A stretch of 62,184 nucleotides of DNA, the filler included, from Nemertoderma westbladi (taxonomy: Eukaryota; Animalia; Xenacoelomorpha), in assembly GCA_032718475.1 (NCBI GenBank). It is 3 parts of 3 records of this genome, joined end to end, with 100 filler letters (N's around TTAATTAATTAA, not from the genome) between each part and the next. Parts side by side here need not be neighbours in the genome. Positions count along the whole stretch, not along the records: positions 23,320 to 51,264 come from JAUCBJ010005243.1; positions 51,365 to 62,184 come from JAUCBJ010008166.1; 1 more part is not named here. One strand, 5' to 3'. Positions within the stretch are counted from its first letter, which is position 1, and the number at the start of each line of letters is the position of its first letter. Below, piece by piece: positions 49,128-60,848 of the stretch. The notes under the pieces are model-generated. The model made no database searches and was not told where the DNA came from. It saw nothing but the letters and a program-made list of their open reading frames with translations. A program made the translations under genes and the position numbers.

Positions 49128-49975
49128 TTTTCGGGGTGCTGGGTGTGTTCGGGGTCATGGGGGTGTTAGGGGTGCTGTGGTGTTCGGGGTGCTGGGTGTG
49201 TTCGGGGTGTTAGGGGTGCTGTGTGTGTTCGGGGTCCTGGGGGTGTTCGGGGTGCAGAGTGTGTTCGGGGTGCTGGGGGTGTTAGGGGTGCTGGGTTTGT
49301 TCGTGGTGCTGGGTGTGTTCGGGGTGCTGGAGGTGTTCGTGGTGCTGGGTGTGTTCGGGGTGCTGGGTGTGTTCGGGGTGTTCGGGGTGCTGTGTGTGTT
49401 CGGGATCCTGGGGGTGTTTGGGGTGCAGGGTGTGTTCGGGGTGCTGGGGGTGATCGTGGTGCTGGGTGCGTTCGGGGTGACGGGGGTGTTCAGGATGCTG
49501 GAGTGTTTGGGGTGCTGGGTGTGTCGGGGTGATGGGTGTGTTTGGGGTGCTGGGGTGTTAGGGATGCTGGTTGTGTTTGGTGTGCTGGGGGGGTTTGGTG
49601 TTCAGGGGGTGTTCGGGGTGCTGGGTGTGTTCGGGGTGCTGGGGTTTTCGGGGGTGCTGGGTGTGTTCGGGGTTCAGGGGGGTGTTCGGGGTGCTGGGTG
49701 TGTTCGGGGTGCTGGGTGTGTTCGGAGTTCAGGGGGTGTTTGGGGTGCAGGTGTGTTAGGGGTGCTGGGTGTGTTTGGGGTGCTGGGGGTGCAGGCGGTG
49801 TTCGAGGTTCAGGGGGTGTTCGGGGTGCAGGGGGTGTTCGGGGTGCTGGGTGTGTTCGGGGTGCTTGGGGTGCAGGGGGTGTTCGGGGTTCAGGGGGTGT
49901 TTGGGGTGCAGTGGGTGTTCGGGGTGCTGGGTGTGTTCGGGGTGTTCGGGGTGCTGGGGGTACAGGGGGTGTTCG
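49128..49975. repeat. G-rich degenerate 9/18-bp tandem repeat GGGGTGCTGGGTGTGTTC
   Basis: Direct inspection; explains the GVLGVF ORFs. Confidence 0.92.
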
Positions 49976-50689
49976 TTTGATTTGGATCACCTGCGAAAGC
50001 GTCTCGTCCTCATGACGAAAGTAATGTCCTACAATACAGCTACAGCACTGCTCGAGTGCGGGGCAATCAAGTGTGGGAGGGCCTCAAAAGCTGTACAGAG
50101 TCTGGTTGGATTTATATTCTTTGTACTCAACACAGTGAACCCGACGTAGCATTCTTGTGAAAGTTAGCTTGTGGCAGTTAGAGCCCAGTATAAGCATGGA
50201 CTTCCATAGAAGAAAGAGTTCTGGTTCTACTGCAGCCCTAAATTATTGAAATTAGATAATTATGTTTTATTCTATGGGACTTCCAAATCCTGGACAGACT
50301 ATTTAATGCGGTCCATCCATGCCTACTCCTTGCTTATCCATGATCGCAAGTACCAGAAGTAACCCAACTTATCAGGCAAGCCAATCTTAGAGCTTATGCT
50401 CATGCGATTACATATTTACTAAGGAATTTCGAAGTCTATTAAATGACAAAATCTGCATCCAGTTGGATTTGTTACATCTGCCTCATCTTAATTATGAGGG
50501 TCTAAGGACATTATTGGAAAATAATCCACCACAATTATGAATATGAATGGTAAAAGTATGTCAGCCTGGAAGGCTTACCATAAAACTTCAAATGTATCTC
50601 GTCAACATCAATGGTAGACAAAAGTTTATTTCTACTACTATAATCGGTATGCTGCATTGCAGCTGCACATTGAGGACTGTACCATGCAA

Positions 50690-51264
50690 TCCTCACCGAC
50701 ATGCTGCAATACAGCAGAATCGAAATCGAATTCTCTTAACGAAATTATTACACCGCCACAACTCCCTATCACCCATGACATTTGCTAGATCATCCGCATC
50801 TTCAAGGCCAGTGTCCTTTAAAATGCGTCTCAAGAAAGTCAAGGGCTGTCCACCATGCTTATTCACTCCATGAGGCTGCCAAAGTACAAGATTATGCACT
50901 GGCTGGTCATCACGGCGATAGCAATAATGTCCTCGAAGCGGAGGAACGATTGATTAATTGGAATTGCAATAATTTTCACAGATGTTGATTATTTGAATGT
51001 GAGACTGAATTAAAGGCCTCAAAGAAGTCAAACACAAACGCAACTACCATATGTCTGTCGTTCTTTGTTGAAATCTCTTTCAATTAGCTTTCAATGATCA
51101 ATAATGGGCTCCATGTTCCCATGAACTTTACAGAGCCCATTCCAATTTCAGCATGGCAGTCTCTCATTTGGGATCCCTGCTGCGATATATTGCCTCACAT
51201 TACTGTAATATTTCCACAAAACCACAAGTCAATCCGAAGTAGGCCTACAGTGGAATACGCACAA
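50690..51264 (-). mobile_element. RTE-like LINE 3' remnant
   Basis: LVLWQPHG....GQPLTF...LKDTG.....L...M.DRELWR matches the RTE ORF2 C-terminal pattern. Confidence 0.7.
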
Positions 51265-51364
51265 NNNNNNNNNNNNNNNNNNNNNNNNNNNNNNNNNNNN
51301 NNNNNNNNTTAATTAATTAANNNNNNNNNNNNNNNNNNNNNNNNNNNNNNNNNNNNNNNNNNNN
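51265..51364. other. Assembly gap with artificial linker
   Basis: 100-nt N run with TTAATTAATTAA at 51309-51320. Confidence 0.97.
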
Positions 51365-52154
51365 AATGGCGCCCATATGCTAAGGCTTCACTCGCTTCAT
51401 GGCTCGCCCCATTTTTTCAATGTTGGAAAGGAATGAAGGGGACGTCGGGTGATGGTGGTAGTGGTAATGATGTTGTGGGTGAGGAAGAACTCACTTCACG
51501 GCTTGCCCCCATAAGTCTGTGTTTATTTACCTTTTTTAGTTGTTGCGTCATAACCTTACTTCGGCGCTATCACTCACACTTCGACGCTATCACTCACTTC
51601 ATGGCTCGCCCCATAGGTAGAATAATCAAATCATGTTAAAGACTTTTATAATAACAAACGTCTGCAACCCACTTACTATATTGGGTTTTACCTATTGCGG
51701 TTCAAGGTCAAACGCCGACCGGTAGACACGAATTAATTAAATTACTTCCGCCTGCAAACTGGTCTTATACACAGCGGTGACATATGTTACATATGCACAA
51801 TGGTAACCATGGTAACCATAGTAAGTGGGTGGGGCAACAATAGTAATCATAGTAAGTAGGCGGGGCAAGAGCCGTTCGGCAAATTCTTTAACATGGTAGA
51901 CTATGGCAGACGCTGTCCCAATCACGTTGTTTAGCCTACTACTTATATTACTATACAGTAGGCATATTACCATATTACCATTTTTTACATGTAGAACCAG
52001 TTTCTCATTGTTATTTAATACAGAATAACATTTTTAATGTGAATTTGAATTTCCCGCTGTCCCTCTGCAGTGATTTTATTATTATCAATACCATTGTATG
52101 ATGCATTTGTTCTTATTATATGATATTGATTATATTGAATGGGAGAATCTTTTA

Positions 52155-52395
52155 GGCTCATTAAGCCAAGGAATGCCTGTTCACCACCATGGGTGATCTT
52201 ACATAGTAAATCCTTCTACTCTGTTTCCCAAGTTGTCTTGGTTCCCATTTATCGTGCACTGAAGGATGAAAGCCGGGGTTGGGCTAAGGCTGCAGCATTT
52301 AAAGCACTGCGCCCAAACAGTGCTGCCCCATCTAGGGATCGAATCAGGGCTCCCTAATTGGAGGCCCAGGAATGTCACCACCAGACCAAACTGCA
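52155..52395 (-). mobile_element. tRNA-Gly-derived SINE (family A), second copy
   Basis: Reverse complement aligns along its length to 626-998, with a single 3' module. Confidence 0.85.
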
Positions 52396-52515
52396 TTATT
52401 ATATTACATTGTTTATATTGACATTTATATATTACAGTGTGTATTACATGATGGCCTTATGAGGGACCTACACTTAGTCTAGTATTTACTGTATTGTTAC
52501 TAATTTTAATTGTAG

Positions 52516-53509
52516 ATTCGCCTAACCTCAGTTTGTACTGGGGTGATGTGTCAGGGCACGTATGGTTTGTTCCATACGTGTCCCTGTTATTCTAGAACGT
52601 ATTCGAAAGAAAGGAGGCGGGTAATATCCACTGATATGGATATACCGCAGGCTGTCAACGAGAAGGGAGTGCCTCTGCGACAGGAGCCCTTCAATTCGAA
52701 CTCATTCACACTGTTGTTCGTAGAAGGAGAGTACTTGAACGTTAGTAATTAGTTTATGAATAGATATAAACAGCATTGGTATTTTAGCTTTGATATGTAA
52801 TGTTTCCTAAATCAACTACTGTATGTATAGACAAATGGAATAAAGGTTCAGTATTACTTTGCGAGTTGAGTTGACTACCACATAATTTTTCGTATTTGTA
52901 AAAAGTACTTCATTTTATTATGATAAAATTTTCTAAGAATGTCCAATTAATGTTTTTATATTAAATGAGGCTGTTAGTATGACTCCTAATGCTGAATATT
53001 TTAATTACCATAATAGAACTTTTGAAAAGGTACATTTATCGAAATTAAATAAGAATATCCAACATAAGATTTCACACCAACGCCTGCACCAATAGCTACG
53101 CCCACACGCTACTGCATACATGTAAGTGTAAGGTCCCTATTACATGGTATGCAAATTCTAAGCCAAATTTACAGTTATATTAGTCGTCTGATAATTTTTT
53201 TAAGGCTACGATGAGTTGGATGCTTACTTATAGTAGTAATAGTAACAATATTAAATAGTAGAACTTCGTATAATTATATTATTAAACTTCCTTCCAATAT
53301 AGTGTATTGATCAGAGGATTAGTAACGAGGAACTTCGTGCTCATGTTCGAGCGGAGGTCGCTCGCTACGGGGAGGATAGGATATCTGTAGCTGGTCCAAG
53401 TCGTCGACTTCGACGGTGGATGAAATGGGTCAACGGGTCTTTGAGCCGCCGAAGTTGCATATAACCAGTGTGTCTCCAACACAACAGTTTGGTTTCAGGC
53501 AGTGGGCAG
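52516..53509 (+). pseudogene. Paralogue 1 of the OB-fold/C4-zinc family (two 3' exons, frameshifted)
   Basis: Exon 52516-52740 (phase 0-0, IRLTSVCTGVMCQGTYGLFHTCPC...FNSNSFTLLF) and exon 53303-53509 with a frame break near 53392; first exon is clearly similar to the exon at 61977. Confidence 0.6.
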
Positions 53510-53989
53510 GTATGCAAATGCAATTTAAAATGTGAATATCATTCACACTAAATTTATAATTAACTTATTTAGAGTATAGCTTGCAGTAGCCATATTATTT
53601 TTATTTATTTTATTTGTATTTTTAAAATATTGTATTTGTATAAATTTTTTAACACTATACTTCCGAGATAAGGCAAAATACCATATCTTGAAAATTGTCA
53701 TTTTGAAAATCAAGATTACATATCTCCTCTCCCTCAACTCTCGTTCTGGAACTAGTCAATGAACAAACCTTTATGTATCACATTCTATTTAAATTCCCGG
53801 GCATATAGGGCATATATACATATTATTATTAACAACATATATATTGTCAAACTGGTCGGCTACAATAACTCTTCAAAACTGCAGGATATTTATATAATTA
53901 ATTTCACCACACTCAAAAAATTATATTCTGAAATTAACAAGATATAAATTGTCAAATTGTTTGGCTACAAAAATAATGAAATTTGTTTG

Positions 53990-54854
53990 ACCAGTGTTAT
54001 CCATAGAATCAGAGGGCGGTTGTTCCATTTCGGGTCAGTGTGAACTGAGTTCTTATACCATCAACTCGTATATGTGCATCAATTAACCCATTAAGCTGTT
54101 TCTTATATCTTTGTGTTTTTCTAATGCCCTCCTCCTCCTCAATAATCCTTCCAGGGAAGAGACCAAGTTCCCTTTTCATTCATATTAAATATGCTGATAT
54201 CTGGATCGTCAGAATTATTGCGAAACAGACCCCAATTACTACGAAGTCGTAAGAAGAGCGTAATGTCAGGTGACTTTGATTGCTCGATTCTCAGATCTTC
54301 CCAGACATGATTGATTGCTCGATTCTCAGATCTTCCCAGACATGAGTTAAGATGATTTCACCTATATGGTGCATACAACCAGACCACAGTAAAGGCCTCT
54401 CTAGTTTCTCCTGAATGCTAATGCAGGCAGCTGTCACATGACCTGTATTGGAAGCAGTTGTATCAAAGGTCATGTTCACAATGTTGCTACTACAATTCCA
54501 TTCCGTCAGTAATGAGAAAATATGGTTTGAGGTAATACTTCCCAAGGATTCGTCGGTTCCTGTTTTATAGGATGGTGCACCAAGTAACTTGACCTCAGTC
54601 CTGTCACCAACCATTACTGTCAAACGCTGTTCAAAATTATGAAATGAATAGAGCTGTTTATTTGACTTACCATACCAATGGAGAGAAGCCAATTCTGGTG
54701 GAACATAAGACACTTTCGTGGCTTCTGCTATCTTCCTACTAACATTTCGCCTAGCTCGATCTGCTACAGCATATGAAGATATTTTGCTAACATCACCACC
54801 ACATTCCTTGACAATGGCCTGAGTGAATTGAGCTTGCTGGGTTGGTGGTGTCAT
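53990..54854 (-). pseudogene. Truncated hATm-related transposase
   Basis: LHWYGK, FDTTASNTG, LLWSGCMHHIGE motifs; frame broken by an about 35-bp tandem duplication at 54277-54344. Confidence 0.75.
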
Positions 54855-54861
54855 TTTTAGT

Positions 54862-55037
54862 CGAGCAGCTAGTCGGTTATGCGGGAAGGTGGTCTGTTGG
54901 TCGGTTCTGCCGAAAGGCGGTCAGTTGGTCGGTTCTGCTGGAAGGCGGTCATTTGGTCGGTTCTGCCGGAATACGGTGCGGTCTGTTCTACCGGAAGGCG
55001 CTCTGTTGGTCGGTTCTGCCGGAAGGGGACTGTTGGT
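54862..55037. repeat. About 28-bp degenerate tandem repeat (TTGGTCGGTTCTGCCGGAAGGCGGTC-like)
   Basis: About six copies by inspection. Confidence 0.8.
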
Positions 55038-55609
55038 TAATTTTATTAATTGATTAATAGATGTCTGTTATTTATTAATAAATAAATTATCTGTTATTAA
55101 AGATTTGTTAATAGAATACGTGTCATATAAATAATTTCAGATTTTTAAGTTTGAGGATGTTCTCAAATTCAGTTTCAAACTATCAGAGCTTGAGCTCGGC
55201 AGTCGGCATAGTACAAAATGTTAAGCGTTTATTTTCTCCCAGTAAACTGGTGGTTTCTATGCATATTAACCCCTGAGCGAAAACAATAACTACCGGTTTA
55301 TTCATTGAGAAACCGCAATTTTATCCCAATAAACTGGTGGTTTCTATGTATATTAACCCTGATTTTTCTAGCATTAATTTAATTTAATAACTGGCAGTTG
55401 CATAGTTATCTCAATCGGCGGTTTGTACTAATATAAAAACGGCATTTACATTATTTCCAAAAACCACCGGTTTTCGAAGAAAATCGCCAGTTATTTTGCA
55501 ACCATTTTAACCGACGATTTTTTTTGAAAAGTGTTTTTTTTAAGAAAACCCCCAGTTTGTTTTTTCAGTGCAGAGACTGTTCTTCTGTTCTCTACCATCC
55601 ATGTAAAAC

Positions 55610-55890
55610 AGAGGGCGGGTCTTACTATCTGATCTCATTATTAAATGGTAACGTCCAATCAACGGTCACCATTAAAGACTGAGACCTTTCTCATTGGTTG
55701 AGTAAACTATAACTTCCACGTTACAACTTTATAAAAACTTGTAACAATCGCTCATATGTTTAATTTTTCAGTGTTTTTTTTCTGGTCGATTTTAATAGTT
55801 TTAATTCAACCTATTCTCCCAGTTCAACCTATTCAGCTATTCTCAAGTTGTTCCGATCTATAGATTGCTTCTTCAAGTTACACCTCCAAA
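55610..55890 (+). promoter_or_regulatory. Candidate Pol II promoter and non-coding first exon for the gene at 60849
   Basis: GGGCGGG (55612), CCAAT (about 55655), ATTGG (about 55693), TATAAAA (about 55730), followed by a GTAAGT donor at 55891. Confidence 0.4.
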
Positions 55891-56192
55891 TGTAAGTTAA
55901 TTTAATATGTAAACTACGTACAAAATATATTTTATTTATTTATTTTAATTTTATTCCACGCCTAACGGCACATAGTAAAAACGAAGTAGCACAATATTAT
56001 AATTATATATAAATACATAGCATAAAATTAATTAATTTGCTGACCCTACAGACTACAGACTACGCTATTCTAGAACAAGGACTACACACTGTATTTACCG
56101 CACGAAGCAAAGAATTGTTCGAGTCTGTAACTCGGCCCTTAAGACTGGTGCAGGCATTTATATATTATATGACAAAACATAGGTATATTTAA

Positions 56193-59100
56193 GGGGGGGG
56201 TTCACTAATTGACCTTCAAATGTAATTTTCTTGTGGTGGTAGTTTACATTTGTCCAGTTTGTTAGATATTATGTATAACTGTGAAGGATAGATAAAATTT
56301 TTTTTTTTTTAATTTTTTTTTCCAAATTCGAATTTTTTGCCTAATTAGCATAATTTATGCAAAAATAATTCAAAATGTAAAGGATATTTTATGGGTGGAT
56401 CTCTGATGTCCAAATTTTGAGAACACATAGCCAATGGGATCCTCTACAAGTTGTATTCACAAAATTTTGATATCTTGTATCGTTCAAAAGTTATTTGGGA
56501 AAAATTAAATTTGAGCCACCAATTTGGCAATTTTAACCAAATTTGGGTAGTTTTTGTTGAATTTTGGTGTATATTTCGGCCACTAATAACTTTAAACAAA
56601 ATCTGTGAATACAAACTGTGGAGAGAAGTATTATGATCACCCCTGCCAAATTTCAGCACCGTACGATTATTTTTGCCAAAGCCTTTGCATTTTGAAATTT
56701 AAAAAGTTGATTTCTTTTAAAACGCATTTGAAATATGAGAAGCAAAATTTCAGTAAAAATTGTTTTTCTCAAGACAAACTTTGTTCTAACTTTTGAACGG
56801 ATGGTTGGATTTTGATCATTCAAACGGTTTTAGATTCAACATTGCAAGCAGATAAGATGAAAAGCATAAAATATTAATTTGCATTACATAAAACGTGAGG
56901 GCCTCTTCTACCATTAAAATTGTCTGTCATTGCGTCCGTTCATGTGATTCCGTCCATCTGTCCGCAATTACTTACTACCTATGATCTCTACAACTATACG
57001 TCTGAGAGAGCTGGGATGTTGGCTACCCCCACTAAACCGATGCTTGCGAAGGTTTTAGGCTATATAAAATATATTTATGAGTAGGCCTAATATATTTACA
57101 GTTTTCAAACATTTCAACTGCTGTACCTTGAGTATGAGCAACTATGCAAAAATTGCTAATATAATTTCAATGAGTTGAGTATAGGTAATACAACAACAAA
57201 ACTTTCAGTTTACAACTATCAGTATACTAAAATCCTCCAGGGGAATAGTCAGCCTTGTCGGTCACAATCCGTTTCTTCGATGACGGTTTCCTTGTGGCAC
57301 TCTTTCGTTGTCTCTTCATATTCTTTTCTGATACGCGTTGTTCTAGAATCCCGTCATCTTCTTCGAGATTGAGTTTTCTCAAAATGAGCTGCTCTGATGA
57401 TGCCCCACGGTTGTGTTCTAACACTGTATACGCCACGTGGAACATCAGTGTGGTCAGGCCGACAAATTTGTCCTTCGTACACCGAGTCCAAAGTCGCGAA
57501 TGAAGTGACTCATTCCGGTTTTGAGTGGCACCCGGTATGCACCGTGATATTAGATCATACGATGCAAGTCGTTCATATAATGGGAGGATATATACCAAGT
57601 CGCATTGCTTGATAATCGAGGGAGCCTTGTATTTGCGGTCGCCATTCTTATATTTACACCATTTATCAATGGGACACTTCCTGTGCCGTTTTGCAATTGA
57701 GGATCCATAGTCACAGTAGTGGTGTACTGCAGCAACTATCTCAGTTTGAATGGTTTTTATCAGTTTATTTTTATCTCTAGCAGATATATTCTTTATATCA
57801 ACTCCCTTGATGTTAGACACTACAGTGTTACGATAATATGATGCCAGCTGGGTACATCTAACTAGTGTTAACCCACCCTTACCTCCGAGTTTATTATCTT
57901 TTCGAATCTTGGATAATCCTTTATACACTCGTTTTGAGATGTGATTTAGACACTCTCGCTTTTCTACAGTTATTGCTTCAGCCTGATACGGATTAGCTTC
58001 CAGAATACTTTTCATTACGCTACTGTCCCCATCTGATATTATTTGAGCATATATCAAATTGTTATTTTCAACAGAGCGGTTGAAGAGCTTTACAGCCAGA
58101 TAAGGCTCCATCGAACCACTAGATCCACTATAAGTAATCCCGCAATCATGATCTGCCACATTGTCAGCAGAACAACCTGAGTTCTCAGAAGTATCTGAAT
58201 CATCATCAACTGGAGAACCTGAGCTGTCAGAATCATCTGAGTCATCATCAATAGGAGAACCTGAGCTGTCAGAATCATCTGAGTCATCATCAATAGGAGA
58301 ACCTGAGCTGTCAGAATCATCTGAGTCACTAGAATCTTCAGTATTGTCATCATCATCTGTACTGTTACGTTTTCTTGAGCTGCATACGTTGCAGTACTTT
58401 GAACATACATCAAAGTCTAGGATATGTCCAGTTTCTTCCGATATTATAAAGGAAACGCCATAGAGTGACTTATGACCACGACGCATCCACGTCCCATCAA
58501 ATGAAATAGCAATTTCCCTATTTGTCTCCATCAGTGCGCAGTTACGAGCATTGGCGCGGGCAATAGCAACCGTAATGTTGGAAATAGTTTTCACATGTTT
58601 CATCCAAGGCATCTTACCAATTGGTGATGGCAAACTCATGAGCCGGGAAAAGGTTTTAGCCTGTCCTTGTGTGCCCCCAACGCATAGCCAGGCCAACACG
58701 GATCGGAGGTTTATATCTGCAGTTTTTCGCCCTTTAGTTCCTACTGGTGCCGGGCATTTGTTCCCTGTGTCTAGTGTCTTTTCCCATCCACAGAAATTGC
58801 AATGTGCTTTGTAACTAGAATAATAACCGGAGCAGATAACCGGAGAGATGGAAACATCACTTGAATCACATTTGGTATGGCTTGAAATTATCAAGTCCTT
58901 CAAACATTCCTTACTAATGAATGTGTAGCCGCTAAATTTTCCTTGAGAAGGTATAGTTTGCAACTTAGCTGCTATCCATGATGGTTGGTGTTTCTTCGCA
59001 ACTTCAGATGAATGCGTGCCAAGGAATCCTGACCGCTTTCGCTTGCCATATTTTGGCATAATATTATGGTTTCTGCAGTTCTATACAGCAGCAGACAGGC

Positions 59101-59456
59101 TGAATCACAGATTGTTTGTAGGCCTACTGGTACCCATGCAGTTTACTATTTATCCTACTCAACTAATCAGTTTAAATTTCCCGCCAATTACATTTACCAT
59201 ATAAAAAAAACTGTACCATCAAGGTACTGTAACATTGTGAAAACGTTAGACACACGGAATACGGATTACGATGACTAATTTTAAATTAATAGGCGCGCTG
59301 CGATACATACATAGGTCGAAACTATTGGCTATAAACTTTGAACGGAATTAGCTATTGAAAAACGGAGTTCAGTTTCGAAATCCTTGATAAAAATTGGTTC
59401 TAACTGGAAATTAAAAAAAAATTAGTTTTTTTTTTCCCAATTAGTGAACCCCCCCC
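56193..59456 (-). mobile_element. Full-length Kolobok DNA transposon
   Basis: 19-bp perfect TIR GGGGGGGGTTCACTAATTG; TTAA TSD at 56189-56192 and 59457-59460. Confidence 0.9.
57227..59059 (-). CDS. Kolobok DDE transposase (Mutator-like transposase domain), 610 aa
   Basis: SFDGTWMRRGHKSLYG, SKYCNVC...HDC, GSSGSME, ISDGDSS, KRECLNHISKR, TQNRNESLHSRLW. Confidence 0.9.
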   Translation of the reverse strand: MPKYGKRKRSGFLGTHSSEVAKKHQPSWIAAKLQTIPSQGKFSGYTFISKECLKDLIISSHTKCDSSDVSISPVICSGYYSSYKAHCNFCGWEKTLDTGNKCPAPVGTKGRKTADINLRSVLAWLCVGGTQGQAKTFSRLMSLPSPIGKMPWMKHVKTISNITVAIARANARNCALMETNREIAISFDGTWMRRGHKSLYGVSFIISEETGHILDFDVCSKYCNVCSSRKRNSTDDDDNTEDSSDSDDSDSSGSPIDDDSDDSDSSGSPIDDDSDDSDSSGSPVDDDSDTSENSGCSADNVADHDCGITYSGSSGSMEPYLAVKLFNRSVENNNLIYAQIISDGDSSVMKSILEANPYQAEAITVEKRECLNHISKRVYKGLSKIRKDNKLGGKGGLTLVRCTQLASYYRNTVVSNIKGVDIKNISARDKNKLIKTIQTEIVAAVHHYCDYGSSIAKRHRKCPIDKWCKYKNGDRKYKAPSIIKQCDLVYILPLYERLASYDLISRCIPGATQNRNESLHSRLWTRCTKDKFVGLTTLMFHVAYTVLEHNRGASSEQLILRKLNLEEDDGILEQRVSEKNMKRQRKSATRKPSSKKRIVTDKADYSPGGF

Positions 59457-60848
59457 TTAAGACACCAAAAGTGAGAGACATACTGGTTGGCTCATCGCAT
59501 AAAACGAGGAACCTTAAAAAGTAGCCTAGCACAGTTGTTATAAGCAACCCTCAATTTATCAAAAACACGCTGGGTGTAATTACGTCGAGCCCATAGACTA
59601 CAACAATAAATTGGCGTTATATAAACACGAAAAAGTTCCACTTTAACGGCAGTAGATGCATTACTAAATTTCCTAGCTAGTGTATTACCCCTAGCGTACA
59701 TTGCATGCATTTGTTTTATAATATCTACGTCATCATCCGTGGATAAACACAGTGTATGACCGAGGTAAACAAAAGAATCAACGACATCAATAACAGCACC
59801 ATATAATTTAACATTGGCAGACCGTGCAACCGTGTACGACTTAGGAACAAAATAAATACATTTCGTTTTATAATATTGAATAATATAGAATGTGAATTAG
59901 CAAATACAACTGCCATATTAATTAGTTTTTGTAAACCATAGATTGAGTTGGAGATAATGCACAGATCATCAGCGTATATAATATGGTTAATTCTGGAGGT
60001 TAAAACAGGAGGGGACTGCCACCCGTTATTGTTTATTATACGTTTAGACGGAGACTCAGCAGTGATATTGCCTGATTCTAGACGCTTCTTAGGAGGGAAG
60101 TACAAGTTTATCATGGAGTTAACTGGCCAGGTGTTAGGATCCAATAGAGTGTCGCGGTCGCCTGCCTTACAGGTGATGATGAATGATGATTGACCCTTGC
60201 GTGATGTCGGTGCCTTCTCACATTCAATATCCACGCTGAGTAATATAGGAAATGCTTCCGTAATTACTAATGTCCGTCAAATTAATTAAATTTAATATAC
60301 TCAAAGAAGAACCCGGACGTATTAAGTTTGTAAATTTACAATTATGTGACATGCGTCATATATATTCGAGGTGGGCCGTTCAATTCCAAAAGTTGTGCTT
60401 AGAGTTTGTTTATTTTTGTTTATATTCATGACTTATAATAACCAGTATTCATATTATCAAATAATTTTTGTGTGTTATATCCAAGATGATGAAAGTTCCA
60501 GTTTAATGTTCAGGTTCAAATTAACTTTTATTGCTTAAATTGATATTAAACAAGTCCAATATTTATTATATTAAATTATTATATAATTTTGTTTAAATTG
60601 TAAAATTGTCGTGTGTATTTTTAATACAATGAAGTTTATAAACATTGAGGGGCAGTCAAACACTGTCGCGAATTACAGGATACATTGACGGTACTGTTGT
60701 AAGTAATGAGTGATGTCTACAACATGTCTGCCATCATTACATTTACCTCTGTAATAATAACGACTTTACTTTTTCAGTAGGCCTAATAAACTTATAAATA
60801 AATACTATGATCTATAATATTACAAGTAACCTTATTAAAATATTGTAG

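Larger units (their letters stand above)
55930..60240 (-). mobile_element. Internally deleted CR1/L2-group LINE interrupted by Kolobok
   Basis: ORF1-like SFIIT...LLDPNTWP joined directly to RT INHIIYADDLCII, then KVELFRVY..PIYCCSLW..KLRVAYNN; continues across the Kolobok to RVTDSNNSLL and an AATAAA-rich tail near 55930-55955. Confidence 0.75.

Noticed and set aside
1-49975. Many array periods are multiples of 9 (18, 27, 45)
   Set aside because: Small sample, unrelated unit sequences, and counter-examples at 17, 28 and 38 bp
30046-50149. Repetitive ORFs at 30.0-30.7, 32.1-32.4, 41.5-41.7 and 49.2-50.1 kb
   Set aside because: All are translations of tandem repeats
48878-52525. Splicing of the Ser/Pro-rich gene into the exon at 52516
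   Set aside because: It crosses an artificial gap and stops after three codons in that phase, while the exon reads openly in phase 0 as a paralogue of the 61977 exon
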